Shown piece after piece: positions 12,770-24,962 of a stretch of DNA of 64,000 nt. Numbering within the stretch: position 1 is the stretch's first letter; each line of letters begins with the position of its first letter. The DNA is taken from assembly GCF_006345805.1 (NCBI RefSeq), contig NC_043001.1, positions 86,490,001-86,554,000 on the forward strand, in the 5' to 3' direction. A program made the translations under genes and the position numbers. Below the pieces are notes generated by a model, which saw only the letters and a list, made by a program, of their open reading frames with translations, made no database searches and was not told the DNA's origin. This DNA comes from Octopus sinensis. Lineage: Eukaryota.

Positions 12770-13500
12770 CGACTCCCTAGTCTCATCCAACAACATCAGC
12801 GACCTTGGAGTAATTGTTGATAAGAATCTAAGCTGGAGTTCCCACGTAAACAGCTAGGTTGGTTTGGCCCGCAAGATGTGCTCCTGGATTCTGAAAACTT
12901 TCCGGTCTAGAAATGCCCGCACGGTCATCCTTCTCTGCTCTACTTTTGCCACATCCCATGTGGAATACTATTGCTTCCCTACACGAAGCAACTCGTTATG
13001 AAAGTGGAAGCACTCTAGAAGTCAATAACAAGAAAGATAAACGGCATGACATTCATTGACTATTGGGGTCGACTAAAAACACTTAATCTCTTCTCTCTCC
13101 AACGCCATCGGGTGATGTGTGATGGAAAAATATATTCCATCAATATTGCAAAAATAATGTTGGCAACAATTTCAAATCCACTCAAGACTTGGCCTCCGTG
13201 CTATCCGCCCACTACAAAAATCGAACTGAGGACGCATAACAACATTACGACACAACTACTTTACTTCAACCGGTCCAGCTCCCTTTAATATTATACCAAA
13301 CTACGTCAAAAGGAAACGGATCCCATAAAAGGCAAAAGTTCTATGGACAAATTTCTTCAAAAAGTTCCGGACCAACCTCCTACACCCGGATATGTCTGCA
13401 ACAATAATGACTTTTTGCTAGAGTGGGTCATGGTGCGCCATATATGACTGATAGACTTCACAAGGTGGTGCTATTAAGTCAGACGTGGCCTGTGCCTATA
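12770..13500 (+). mobile_element. CR1/L2-group LINE 3' RT fragment
   Basis: DLGVIVDKNLSWSSHVN, DYWGRLKTLNLFSLQRHR. Confidence 0.85.
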
Positions 13501-13717
13501 CTGGCTGAAATCTATTAAAGTTATCAAAGTTATATATGTATGAATATAATATGTGCATGCATATAGGTATGAGGGTGTCTACATATATATATATAATATA
13601 TATATATATATATACACCATGCACACACACACACACACACATGCGTATGTGCATGGGTGTATATAAGAAATTAAAAAAGGAAAATACACACACTTTACAT
13701 TGTTTTAATATAATTTC

Positions 13718-13757
13718 TAATATATCGACCGGTTTCGCTTTCGCTATTCATGATATT
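13718..13757 (-). ncRNA. Degenerate minimal hammerhead ribozyme motif
   Basis: AUAUC-AUGAAUA-GC GAAA GC-GAAA-CCGGUC-GAUAU; two core substitutions relative to CUGANGA. Confidence 0.55.
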
Positions 13758-13942
13758 AAGGTTTACTTATTTGAATATGTATTTTCTTAAGAAGAAATTT
13801 TGTCCATGTTGTGTGTGATGATATCTACGAGTGAATGACTTCAAATGTACAAAAAATAAGGGGAGGTAATTGGTTATCGTTATTATTGTTATTGTTGAGG
13901 GCAAGGGAGATAACTGTTCAGCTTTCGGCAAAGGGAGGAGAA

Positions 13943-13999
<57 letters not shown>

Positions 14000-14000
<1 letters not shown>

Positions 14001-14120
14001 GAGGTGCAATAGCCCAGTGGTTAGGACAGCGGACTCGCGGTCGTAGGATCGCAGTTTCGATTCCCAGGCCGGGCGTTGTGAGTGTTTATTGAGCGAAAAC
14101 ACCTTAAAAGCTCCACGAGG
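14000..14120 (+). mobile_element. tRNA-derived SINE head (family E)
   Basis: A box tagcccagtgg, B box gtttcgattcc. Confidence 0.75.
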
Positions 14121-14149
14121 CTTATATATATGTACAAAAAAGTTTCGAT

Positions 14150-14430
14150 AAAACTTGTTTAGTGAGGGGATTTATGTACAGTGATGTAATCGTGAATTGA
14201 AATATGTAAAAAGATAAAAGCTGGTTATGTGCGCATATTAAGACGTATTATGTATTTTTCGATGAAAAAAGTCTCTTTATTTAAACGTTCTTGTGGAGAA
14301 ATTGTGTCTTTGCAGTGGTAGAAGGGAAAGCCTATGAAATTTGGTTTGATGTTATCTGCACATTTTTCTATATGCTCACTGAGATGAATTTGCCTGTATT
14401 GCGGGAAATGGATTTGCTCTTTATGTAGAG
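14150..14430 (-). mobile_element. Penelope-like GIY-YIG C-terminal remnant
   Basis: LSEHIEKCAD...FIGFPFYHC...ERLNKETFFIEKY parallels the 54759 ORF. Confidence 0.65.
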
Positions 14431-14700
14431 TGGTTCTCCGTCTCAATGAACTTTTTCTTCACCCATCCCCTTCCGGTCATTCAATATGTGACCGCGTGTG
14501 TATCGTTGGCGATTTTTTTCCTCCGTCTTCCCTTCCTTGGATCTTTCCTTTTCCTATGTTTCTGACGAAGAGCTCCGCTCGAAACGTTAAATCCTCCTTC
14601 TTTCTTTCCTTTCCTGAGCGTCCAATAACACTATACTTGTTCCACGTCCTCGCGTTGTTGTGTTTTCTCTTTGTGTTTTCATGTTTGGATTAACTTTACA
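14430..14700 (+). mobile_element. Penelope-type pseudo-LTR
   Basis: Pyrimidine-rich segment carrying a hammerhead core; about 160 bp nearly identical to 28637-28815. Confidence 0.65.
14557..14592 (+). ncRNA. Minimal type I hammerhead ribozyme motif
   Basis: UGUUU-CUGACGA-A-GAGC UCC GCUC-GAAA-CGUU-AAAU. Confidence 0.65.
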
Positions 14701-14714
14701 TACATATATATATA

Positions 14715-14772
<58 letters not shown>

Positions 14773-15594
14773 GGTCAATATAAAGATCCTCACCCGTTAA
14801 CGAAAACAAAAAAACAGCATGCTGTGTGTTAACAACTGTGTGGAAAACGAATATGGAAAAAAATTTGTGCCAACTAACCTGGTGGTGGGGAGAGGACTTT
14901 CGGAAAATGCACAAGATCCGATTTTTACCTCATAACTTTCAGGAAAATGGATATATATTGATGAAACACCTTTCAAACGGCATAGATTAAGGTTATAAAG
15001 AAATTTATGGGGGAAATGTTTTCCGAAGGGCCCGGGAGAGGCTTGTCAGAAAGTTCACACGATCCGTTTTTCCCCCCTCGTAACTTTCAAGATCTAGTTT
15101 AGCGCCCGGTCACCAAAACGTTTTTCTCTTTTTTTTTTCCACGCGGATTCCTATGTTTTCGATAATGGAGATTCCGAATATGCTAAAAACCACTTTTTCA
15201 AATTTTTTGTGGTCCGGAAAACGGAATGAGGTTGGGTGGAACCCTCGGAAATTTTATCCACTCCCAACATTTTACAGAAATACATTTTCTAGAGTGTGAA
15301 TCACATGGTTCGTTATTAAATATATAAAGAATGTGAATTAATATGTTGACATCTATATTTTACGCCGAGCATATTTTTTTCTGAAGTCGTAGTGTATGTA
15401 CATATGCACATATATACATATATATATACATATATACTTAGAAGAGTGTATTTTTACCTTGTTAACAATTAACACGGAAAAAATATATAAATAGTTACCA
15501 GGACAGCAAAAATCTCACAAGTAAAGGTGTTGTAACTCCTTGTTTATAAAGGTAGAAACTTCGTGTTTACGTTGAATATTTTGAATAATATATT

Positions 15595-15710
15595 AATAAA
15601 TAAATGGAGTTTAACGCAGGTGTAATCAAATAGTATCAGTGGAATTTTCGAAACATGTGTCGAAAGTAAAAATATTTGATTACACCTGCGTTAAACTCCA
15701 TTTATTTATT
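15595..15710. repeat. Perfect 38-bp inverted repeat with 40-nt spacer
   Basis: 15595-15632 is the reverse complement of 15673-15710. Confidence 0.9.
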
Positions 15711-15834
15711 CATACATATATACATATATATATATATGTATGTATGGATGGATGTATGTATGTATGTATGTATGTATGTATGTATGTATGTATGTATATG
15801 TATGTTGTATGTATGTATATATATATATATATAT

Positions 15835-15874
<40 letters not shown>

Positions 15875-16019
15875 GTGTGTGTGTGTGTGTGTGGTGAGTG
15901 AGTGTGCATTGAAATTTGGAAATTCCGATTTTTACCAATTTTCTTTCAGATTCGGAATCTCCGTACCCAAAAACGGGGTTTCTATAAAAAAAAATGTTGG
16001 GGTACAAAAGGAAGTATTC

Positions 16020-16060
<41 letters not shown>

Positions 16061-16276
16061 TATATATATATTATATATATATATGTATGTGTATTGTATG
16101 TATTGTGTGGTGTGTGTGTGTGTGCGTGTGTGTGTGTGTGTGTGTGTGCGTGTGTGTGGGGGGGTGTATGTATGTATGTATGTATGTATGTATGTATGCA
16201 TGTATATATGTATGTATTCATATTATAGATACCAGAAATGAACCTCTCACGAAACCACTTCGTTTACTTTCCACAG

Positions 16277-16301
16277 TAATGTTAAAATCGTATATGAAGG
16301 G
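16277..16301 (+). CDS. Candidate 25-nt micro-exon ((Y)NVKIVYEG), phase 2->0
   Basis: Strong acceptor cgtttactttccacAG, weaker donor GG|GTATAA; links 5978-6018 to 17096 in frame. Confidence 0.3.
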
Positions 16302-16586
16302 GTATAAATTACGTTTCAAATTGTATGAGTGTGTGTGTGTGAGAGAGAGAGAGAACCCTCTGAATTCCTCTTCTTGCCAACATTAATTGCTTCACTGACT
16401 TATTTGCAAAAAAAATATATAAATATTTGCTTTTTAAAAGATTGAATAACCCCATCCTTCAAAATTTTCAGCCTTTTGTCTCTATTAGAAGTAATATTTG
16501 GTTTTAAACTTCATGTAGACGAGATATTTTTCGATAAATTTTCGTATTGAGAATAAAATAGAAATAATAGTCAAGAGACAAATAAA

Positions 16587-16713
16587 CAGGGTGTCCACAA
16601 AGTCTGAGTACATGGGGATTAACACATTCTTTAAGAAATTATTATTTCTTATATTTAATTATTTATGTTATGATTTTATTTACTCCATGTACCCAGACTT
16701 TGTGGACACCCTG
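16587..16713. mobile_element. Tc1/mariner-type MITE (127 bp)
   Basis: TIRs cagggtgtccacaaagtctg(a/g)gtacatgg; TA at the right flank. Confidence 0.85.
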
Positions 16714-17095
16714 TACATCGACCAGCACACATAAAAATTGTAAATAGATTTAATTTTCATGAGGACTAAAAACTTTTGTTGTGGTTGTTGTCCTTTGATT
16801 AAAGGCCACACAATCATCTATGACCACACAATACAATATCTTGTGCGTTATTTGAAGGAGATTTGGATGTTATTTCAAGCCAAAAGTCCAACCAAATGCT
16901 TCGCCATTATTTTGATATAAATATTGTGTTACTAATAGGCTTTAAGTCAATAGTAACAAAAGGTAAAGTTGAAATCAAACTCTCTGTATCAAAGATTTAA
17001 AAGATAAAAGAAACTTAATTTCTACTTTTAGTGTTAGGATATTATTGTATTCTTTCAAAAAGGTTTGTGATATTTCTTTTCTTTTTTTTTTTCAG

Positions 17096-17253
17096 AAAGC
17101 AACCCTGAAATCCATTCATGTAATCAGTGATATTAAATATCGATTTGCTACCACACAAGTGTCCATGAAGTATTATAATCCATCCAACTCTGCTGTCCTA
17201 GCAGACTTACATGTAAACATGCCTTACAATTCATTTATATCAAATTTTTCTAT
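17096..17253 (+). CDS. ITIH: ITIH-like exon, VIT domain start (KATLKSIHVISDIKYRFATT...FISNFSM)
   Basis: Acceptor tttttttcAG, donor AT|GTAAGT; VIT-like sequence. Confidence 0.9.
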
Positions 17254-19129
17254 GTAAGTATCTTTCATTTCCATTACATTTCACTTTAGAAATTTTGTAT
17301 ATTGAACATTTCAAACATATGTTGGTATAACTATAGATGTGTGGCACCACCTACCGACAATGTTTCTTCATAGCCTTCATTGAAATGTATGTTTTTTTTA
17401 ATGAAATTTACCGGAGATACACTCTAGATAATATAGATTACGACTATGTAGAGAAAATGCTGAAAGACATTTTCTTTTGGTTTTCTCTTTAGGATCATTC
17501 CCACTGCCATTACTACCAAGGGAAAAGTATAATGCATGGCCTTTAATGAAATTTCCCAGAGATGTGTTTTCGATGGTATAGATTATGTTATATTTTCCCC
17601 AAATTTTATCAAGACAATCGTACTCTATCTTCACCCTTGAAAACATACTTCTGAATAATTTCATTGGAAAATATACATTTAACAAATCTCGGTGGTTGGG
17701 GAGGAAATGAGCCACCAAAAACAGTTTAACTTTTTTCTTTCTTCATTATTGTAGTTTCAAACGGATCTTTGGAAGTTTTCATTCAAAATACTTGCAGAAA
17801 CACCGCTTTCCAGGTGATTTTCGGCTATGCTAGTGTATGTTGAATGGAAAAATTCTAATGTGGAACCAAATAGAACAGTATTAATCAATAAATTATACAC
17901 ATGAGCAATCAAATAGACTATACACATACAATCGATTCAAACTTGAAATATAAAATTTCCATGTAATTATGATATGATGAATAGATATAGCGCATAAATT
18001 TTCACAAATATCCTGAAAGATCTCAAAGAAAAACTTCGTAATCACTTATTTTTAATGAAAACAATTCAGTAGAGAAGCTTGAGAGAGAGAGGGAGAAAGA
18101 GAGACGTGGGGAGAGAGGAAGAGAGAGACCGAAGTAAGACGTTGAAAAAATTCGCAGGGAAAAATTTTATACCGTAGTTAATAAAAATTTAATCGAGTAG
18201 TTCAAATCTTCAACAATAAAAAGAATTTAACAACCACATTTTGATAAAAATATATCTATATATTATAATTGGAATTTTTAAGAATTTTCGAGAGAGTGTT
18301 GTCTTTGATAACTGCTTTCTTTTAGCAAAAGTTACATACTTTTTACTAATTTATCAGCAGTTTCTTCAATATATCATGGATATATTTTACAAAGTTTGAG
18401 TGGGGAAAAGTGGGAGGAGGTAATCTCCTAAAATCCTTCTTTTTTTTAATTTTCCCAACTACTCTCACCATATAATCATAACTGACAGCCTGTAAAATGT
18501 ATCACCGGGAAATTTGACAAATGTACGCATTTTCAAGTAAGTTATTTAAAGTAAGTCATGAGGGAGCACACTTGTGTAATTATGTCCATATGTATAGATA
18601 TGCCGCGGAATTAATCAACAGATTATCACCCATATTCTCAGGGAAAATGGTTTGGGCATTGGTGCAAAAGTTATTCTTCTTCTAGATCGGTTAATATCGT
18701 TGTTCTGTCGATAAATTACAACTTATAGCAAAGTGGAAGATGTTGCTAAGTATATGAGCCCAGGAATGGCTATATGGATATAAAGCTCATGTTGCAACCA
18801 TGGGGTTTTCGTTTAAATTCCACTGCGCGATACTTAAGGCAAGTATTTTCTATCGCAGTCTTGGGTATACCAAAGCTTTAAGAGTGGCATTTATTAGACG
18901 AAATTTGTATGGAAGCTCGTCAAAGAGATTGTTCTTGTTCTTAAGTTGTAGATTTAGCATCACTATCTACCATTTGGATGTCTTTATATGAGGCCAAAAA
19001 TTTGGGTAACATTTCCGGTAAGAAAATAACCTCTCCCCATTCTCCCACCAGCAATGGAGGTCCTGAGAAAATCATGAATTCAGAAAATCATAAATCCTTC
19101 CTCTTCTAATTAATGAAAGTAAAATAAAT

Positions 19130-19380
19130 AAATGCGCCCGTTTAAAGCCTAGCCAGGCTCATGGGCCCGGTTTCCCGGTTTCTATAACGTATGTGCTCCC
19201 CATCTGGACGGGACGCTAGTCCATCGCAGCGTTACTCATTTTTGCCAGCTGAGTGAACTGGAGCAACGTGAAATGAAGTGTTTTGCTCAAGAACACAACG
19301 CGTCACCCGGTCCAGGAATCGAAACCACAATCTTACGATTATGATGCTGACACTCTAACCACTAAGCCACGTGTCTCCAC
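19130..19380 (-). mobile_element. tRNA-derived SINE family B
   Basis: Revcomp ggcttagtggttagagtg...gtttcgattcc...ttgagcaaaacacttcatttcac. Confidence 0.85.
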
Positions 19381-20030
19381 TAATTAATGAAAGTAACAAA
19401 AAAAAATTGGTCTCTGTCATATTTTAATAAAATAAACTTTTACTTTTACTCAATATCTATCCAGCTAAACAATAGATTGGTTAAAATGCTGTTTACGGCA
19501 ACATGTTAATTAATGTTAAAAATTTATAAATCTTAACCAAATACAGATATATTTTCACTATAAGGTTATTAGTAGGAGGTGTTATTTTTTTTTATTCTGT
19601 TCTTACTTTATATTTCAATTTTAGATATCATATTCGTTGGAACGAAGGCGCGTGGTCCAGTTGTTAGGGTGTTGCACTTACGTTCGCAAGATAGTAGCTT
19701 CGATTCCCGGACCAGGTGGAGGATTATATTCTTGGGCAACCCACTTCATTCACGTAGTCCCAGGTTACTCAGCTGTAAATGAGTAAATCTGCAATGCGTT
19801 GGCGTCCCGTTTAGGAGAAATGTGATCTCGGCCACTTATACGCCATAAATGCTTAGACAGTACTTATTTTCTAGAATAGTAAATTATTCTTATTTCTAAA
19901 GAAATTGTAGAAAACAGGTTCCACCATTAAAACATTCAAAACGTATATTGATTCTATGGAAAAGAAATATTCGACAATACAATTAAATTCAATGTTGATT
20001 ATATATATTTTTTTCTATTGGTGATTGCAG

Positions 20031-20141
20031 GGAAATTGATGGAAATGTGACTGTGGGAGAAGTAAAAGAAAAATCGATTGCTAAGGATTTTTATGAACAT
20101 GCCATTGAAACAGGGCAAAGTGCTGGCTATGTTGAAGTCAA
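20031..20141 (+). CDS. ITIH: ITIH-like exon, VIT (EIDGNVTVGEVKEKSIAKDFYEHAIETGQSAGYVEVK)
   Basis: ttgcAG / GTAATT, phase 2->2; matches the VIT pattern G.VKEK..A...Y..A...G.SAG.V. Confidence 0.92.
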
Positions 20142-20241
20142 GTAATTTTTCATATTTTCTTCATATTTGATATTTTCTGCTCTTAGTATTCTAATTACAA
20201 TATCTTCAAAATCATTTACCTATTTTTCTACCATTTTCCAG

Positions 20242-20492
20242 ACACCGCTTCACAAATGTCTTTGATATATCTGTTAATGTTGAACCACAAAAGTATGTAG
20301 TTTACAACTTGACTTATCAAGAACTTCTGACACGACAGAACAATAAATACAGGAACGTCATTCATTTGTCCAATGGTGGAATTATTGATGACTTTTTAGT
20401 CGAAGTCTTCATTACAGAACCCCAAGACATTATTGATTTATCTGTTCCAAAAATTAAAGATGATAAATTAACGAATATTACTGATGATGGAG
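20242..20492 (+). CDS. ITIH: ITIH-like exon, VIT end (HRFTNVFDISVNVEPQKYVVYNLTYQELLTRQ...)
   Basis: ttttccAG / GTAGGT, phase 2->1; F.ISVNV..LTYQELL motif. Confidence 0.92.
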
Positions 20493-20739
20493 GTAGGTTA
20501 ATCATTTCTGCTTGATTTACTTTATATTTTTAATAATGATTTCCCTTATAAGCCTCATAAATCAATGGCTCTATATGCTTTACAGCGTAAGTGCATGCCC
20601 AAGAATATATATCGGCGTTATGAAGAGCATCCAGCCGTAGAAACCATGCCAAAGTAGACATGGAGGCCGGGCAACTCTCCAGCTGGTCAGCTCCTCTCTA
20701 ACCGTCAAACCCATGCCAGCATGGAAAACGGACGCTAGA

Positions 20740-20766
20740 TGATGATGGTGATACTGTTGATGCTGT

Positions 20767-20810
<44 letters not shown>

Positions 20811-20901
20811 GTGATGGTGGTGGTGGTGGTGGTGGTGGTGGTGGTGGTGGTGGTGGTGATGGTGGCGGCGGCGGCGGCGGCGGCGGTGGTGGTGGTGGTG
20901 G

Positions 20902-20940
<39 letters not shown>

Positions 20941-20980
20941 GGAGGAGGAGGAGGAGGAGGAGGAGGAGGAGGAGGATAGG
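20740..20980. repeat. Compound (GAT)(GGT)(GGC)(GGT)(GAT)(GAG) array at a family D retroposon tail
   Basis: Direct reading; follows catggaaaacggacgcta. Confidence 0.9.
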
Positions 20981-21556
20981 ACCCTATGGAGGAGATGTCT
21001 GAAGTCACCACCACCACAACCCCTCCAGGAATAATAGGCAGCGAAAATGGATGCACGAATACTTCATCTTTCAACTGCTTTATTCAATATCCTTATTAAT
21101 CACTAAACACGGAGTAGAGAAAATCTGTGTCGATATCGACTCTCTCGAAATATAAATTCAACCTTCCTCATATCACATTTTGCCGCATAAAAACAAACAA
21201 AAAAAGTGGGGATGGAAACCAAAATACACTATGTTCGAAAATAAAAGACAAGATAACCAAAGCTGGACATGTTTTATCATAAACCTGCTTGATCAGTGCT
21301 GGAATGAGTCTAGAAAGGGCAGGGCATTGTGTCAAAGATCAAGTCGTAAAACACACGGTCTGTCTTCAGTACTTCACTGATACACTAAGAAGCTGAACGG
21401 ATGAAGAGAAAGTTCTCCAGCATGTGAATTTACATTGGATTCGAGATATCTAATAGTGATGTTGATTTTGGTGTTAATGATATCGAAATTTATCGGGCAT
21501 TTATTCAACTCTGTTACAGATATAAATTAAGATATTGTTATTTGATTTTCAAACAG

Positions 21557-21720
21557 GGCTGGAGTCTGCTTTAATTGAGTACATCAGCAGTAGAGAGGTT
21601 TACATCAAATACAACCCAAGTCGTAAACAACAAGAGGAAATATCAGAGAAAGATGGCGTTGAAGGTTTACTCAGAGTGGAATATGACGTGGATCGTCAAA
21701 ATAATCCAAATCTAATATAT
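21557..21720 (+). CDS. ITIH: ITIH-like exon (GLESALIEYISSREVYIKYNPS...LLRVEYDVDRQNNPNLIY)
   Basis: aaacAG / GTAAGA, phase 1->0; V.YDV.R motif preceding the vWA domain. Confidence 0.9.
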
Positions 21721-22189
21721 GTAAGATAATATTTTTATGTAAAATTCTAAACTTGTCATTTACAATGGCTTATTATACTCCAGTTCTCGGGTTTTATTAT
21801 TGTTGTTGTTGTTTCTGTTGCTATACACAAGATTCGTTACAAAATAAGATAATATACTACAGTAGTTTAGACAAAAGCATGGCTCAGTGGTTATTACGAT
21901 AAGGAAGAATTCCAGATCAGTTCGCTCGTTAATACGGTGGGTAGTGAATCTTGCATGCATGAAGTGGATTCGATCCACTATAGCCAAATTTAAACTAACA
22001 CCGCTACAGAACTTTTCCCACGGTGGAACAATGGTTTTTTCTCTGACAGCTGTTTTACATTTTCCAGATACCTTTAACTAGGCCGAAATAATGTCTTCAC
22101 TACTTGACCCTTTCTAACCCTTTCTACTTCACCAAAAGCTAGAATAGATAACAAGACCACCAACTAAATCTATTATTCTTAATGATATA

Positions 22190-23740
22190 TCTATCCTTCT
22201 GGATAGTTATATAAGCAAGGGCACCCCAAGCAAAAAGGAGTTAGTCAGTGCTGACAGAATGGAGTTTGGATTGTTTGGAAGGAGTGGTGTGTTGAACAGA
22301 AGAAAAACTAAACGCATGGATGGGTTGATACTACCATCGGGAGAGGTTATGAAGAATATAGAAGAAACATGTTATAAGTACTTGTTGTATATTGGAAATG
22401 GACAAAGTAATGGAGGAGGAAATAACGGAAAAATTTAAGGTGGAATTCTTGCACAGACTGAGACTTGTTTTTAAGTCAAAACTGAATGAACGGAAAAGAT
22501 TGAAGCTATCAATTCATAGACAGTCTCACTCCTTAGATAGGGAGTATGAGTAATTGTGTAGATAGTAGAAGAACTAAGCAGCTTAGACTGAAAGACAAAA
22601 ACGTATTGACTAGGTATGAGGTATTTTCCCCAAAGAGTGATCCAGACAGACTGTATGTACCAAGAAAAAGAGGTGTAAGAGGACTGATTGAGTGCAAACA
22701 CAGCATTAGAACAGGAGCAAAGAATACAACATGGTACATAACAAAAATGACACAGAATCGCTATCGTTGAAATAAGGTCAGACCCGAGCAAAATAGAAGA
22801 TTGCAAGGATAAAACACAGTGCAAACATTTGAAGATGGATGAAACTGAAAATAGGTGGATAAAGAAAGAATGCATAAATAATTCCATAGACATATTGAAG
22901 ATAGGGCAACGAAAAAAAAGATATTTATAGATGGTTAAGAGTGTTTAAAACCGGAAATGAAACCCTTAATCTGTACTTCTCAAGAGCAAGTATTAAGAAC
23001 TAATTACATCAAACGGAACTAATTACATCAAACAGAACTAATTACATCAAACACAGAACAGACCACATAGCAGAAAGTGATAAGTGCAGAGTTTGTAGAG
23101 GGAATGGGGAAACTGTGCGACATATTACCAATCAATATACACTACTAGCTAAGAAAGAATATGAGGCGCATGACAACATAGCAAGGATAGTCCATTGGGC
23201 ACTTTGCCACAAATAGGGATTTGACTGAGCTAAAAAGTGGTATGAACATAAACCCGAAAGGATTATCGAAAATGACAATGCAATAATCCGTGGGACTTAA
23301 TGATTCAGTGTAACTTTGATATAAAAAGTAGGAAACCAGATATAGTGATAAAGGAGAAAGAAAGCAAACAGTATTGGATCATTGATATAGCATGTCCAGC
23401 TCACTTGATATGAAAAAGAAAAGTCGATAGATATGAAGGATTAGCTTGGGAGGTTAAACAGTTGTGGTCGATGGGAAATGTGGTGGTAATACTTAATAAT
23501 TGTCGAAATCTTAGGAACAGTAACTGAAGATCTTGAGATGTACATTGAACAAATGGAGATTGCAATACGGGTGGGACACTTGCAGAAAACAGCACTGCTT
23601 TAGAACAGCTGGAATACTCAGGAGGGTACTTGAAAAATAAGGAATTGTTACCTCAGTTCAATGATAGTGAACAACTGACTCCGTAATACATTTCCAGCGT
23701 TAAAAGCTGAGCAAAGAAAACATAATAATAATAATAGAAA
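22190..23740 (+). mobile_element. R4/Dong-like RLE non-LTR retrotransposon, 5'-truncated and decayed
   Basis: MEFGL, DRLYVPRKRGVRGL, CRVC...HD.IARIVHW, PDIV..IIDIACP; (TAA)n tail. Confidence 0.85.
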
Positions 23741-23849
23741 TGAAATATAACCAATGAGTTTGTTTATCATTGGCATTATGACACTCCTTCTCCACTCCCA
23801 CCGTGAGGTACAACAATATCCGTGTTGCATGTATTATAATCTGTGTGGA

Positions 23850-24095
23850 TGCGCGTGGCTTAGTGGTTAGGATGTCAGCACCATGATCGTAAGATTGTGG
23901 TTTCGATTCCTGGACCGGGTGACGCGTTGTGTTCTTGAGCAAAACACTTCATTTCACGTTGCTCCAGTCCACTCAGCTAGCAAGAAAAGAGTAATGCTGC
24001 GATGGACTGGCGTCCCGTCCAGCTGGGGAACACATACGCCATAGAAACCGGGAAACCGGGCCCGTGAGCCTGGCTAGGCTTGAAAAGGGCGCATT
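23850..24095 (+). mobile_element. SINE family B
   Basis: Full head, core and tail. Confidence 0.85.
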
Positions 24096-24184
24096 TATTA
24101 TTATTTTATATATATATTGCAATCTAAATAACATTAGATATTGCTACTTTTTTTCCGCTTTCATTCCTTTCTCCCATTTTGTAG

Positions 24185-24473
24185 GCAGTTGATGGCTACT
24201 TTGTGCACTTCTTCACTCCTGATTCGTTACCAAGTCTTCCAAAACATATTATATTTATGCTTGATGTCAGCGGATCAATGTCTGGTCGTAAAATTGAACA
24301 ATTGAAAGAAGCTATGGAGAATATCCTTGACAAGCTCGATCCCGAGCTGGATACATTTCTCATTGGGAAATTCAGTAATAAAGTCTCATGGATGATGGAA
24401 ACATTTTTAACAGCAAACGAAACTAATAAACAATTAGGTAAAAATTATATTCAGAAACTTGCTGCACTTGGAG
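24185..24473 (+). CDS. ITIH: ITIH-like exon, vWA start with MIDAS DxSxS (AVDGYFVHFFTPDSLPSLPKHIIFMLDVSGSMSGRK...)
   Basis: ttttgtAG / GTACGT, phase 0->1; hallmark ITIH motif. Confidence 0.95.
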
Positions 24474-24875
24474 GTACGTTAAAATTTTATATACTATAAA
24501 TTTTGCTAAAGCTTGCATTATATTATTATAATATTTTAGATTTTTAATCTATTTAATTTATAATCCGCTTTAAATGAAGCATGTACAGTTGTAAATCCTC
24601 GCCCACATTAATCTCTTGCTTCTTCGATTTTTATACGTTTTCTTCTTATTCTTTCTTATTTATTCTTCGTGTTAGGCTTCCCATGATGTTAACACCTGTA
24701 GATTTGTTGTGATATGTGACGTTCTGGTGGGGGGGGTCTGTTTATTAATAGGTGTAATGTGTGAGGTACACTTTTATTGTGGCTGAATATATGGCTTTCA
24801 CTGCACAGTGCCTTGGGCAAGTGACTTCTATAGCTTTGGGCTGATTCGTAGACCCTGAAAGAAGCCCGTCGTGTA

Positions 24876-24962
<87 letters not shown>

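Noticed and set aside
13835-13960. MTSNVQKIRGGNWLSLLLLLL as an alternative signal exon
   Set aside because: The hydrophobic run comes from a tta/ttg repeat, and there is no suitable donor.
8498-16386. Many ORFs rich in YI/CV/HT/II repeats (also at 53750-54420 and 60460-61181)
   Set aside because: Translations of (TA)n, (TG)n, (ATT)n, (TATG)n and (GATA)n microsatellites; no coding signal.
17300-19050. Possible DNA transposase remnants (ORF 17398-17718; pogo-like LLLD...QPW near 18690-18830)
   Set aside because: Motifs too degenerate to assign by eye.
20580-21074. Poly-His/Pro and poly-Met/Val ORFs
   Set aside because: Trinucleotide array at a retroposon tail, with no usable splice sites.
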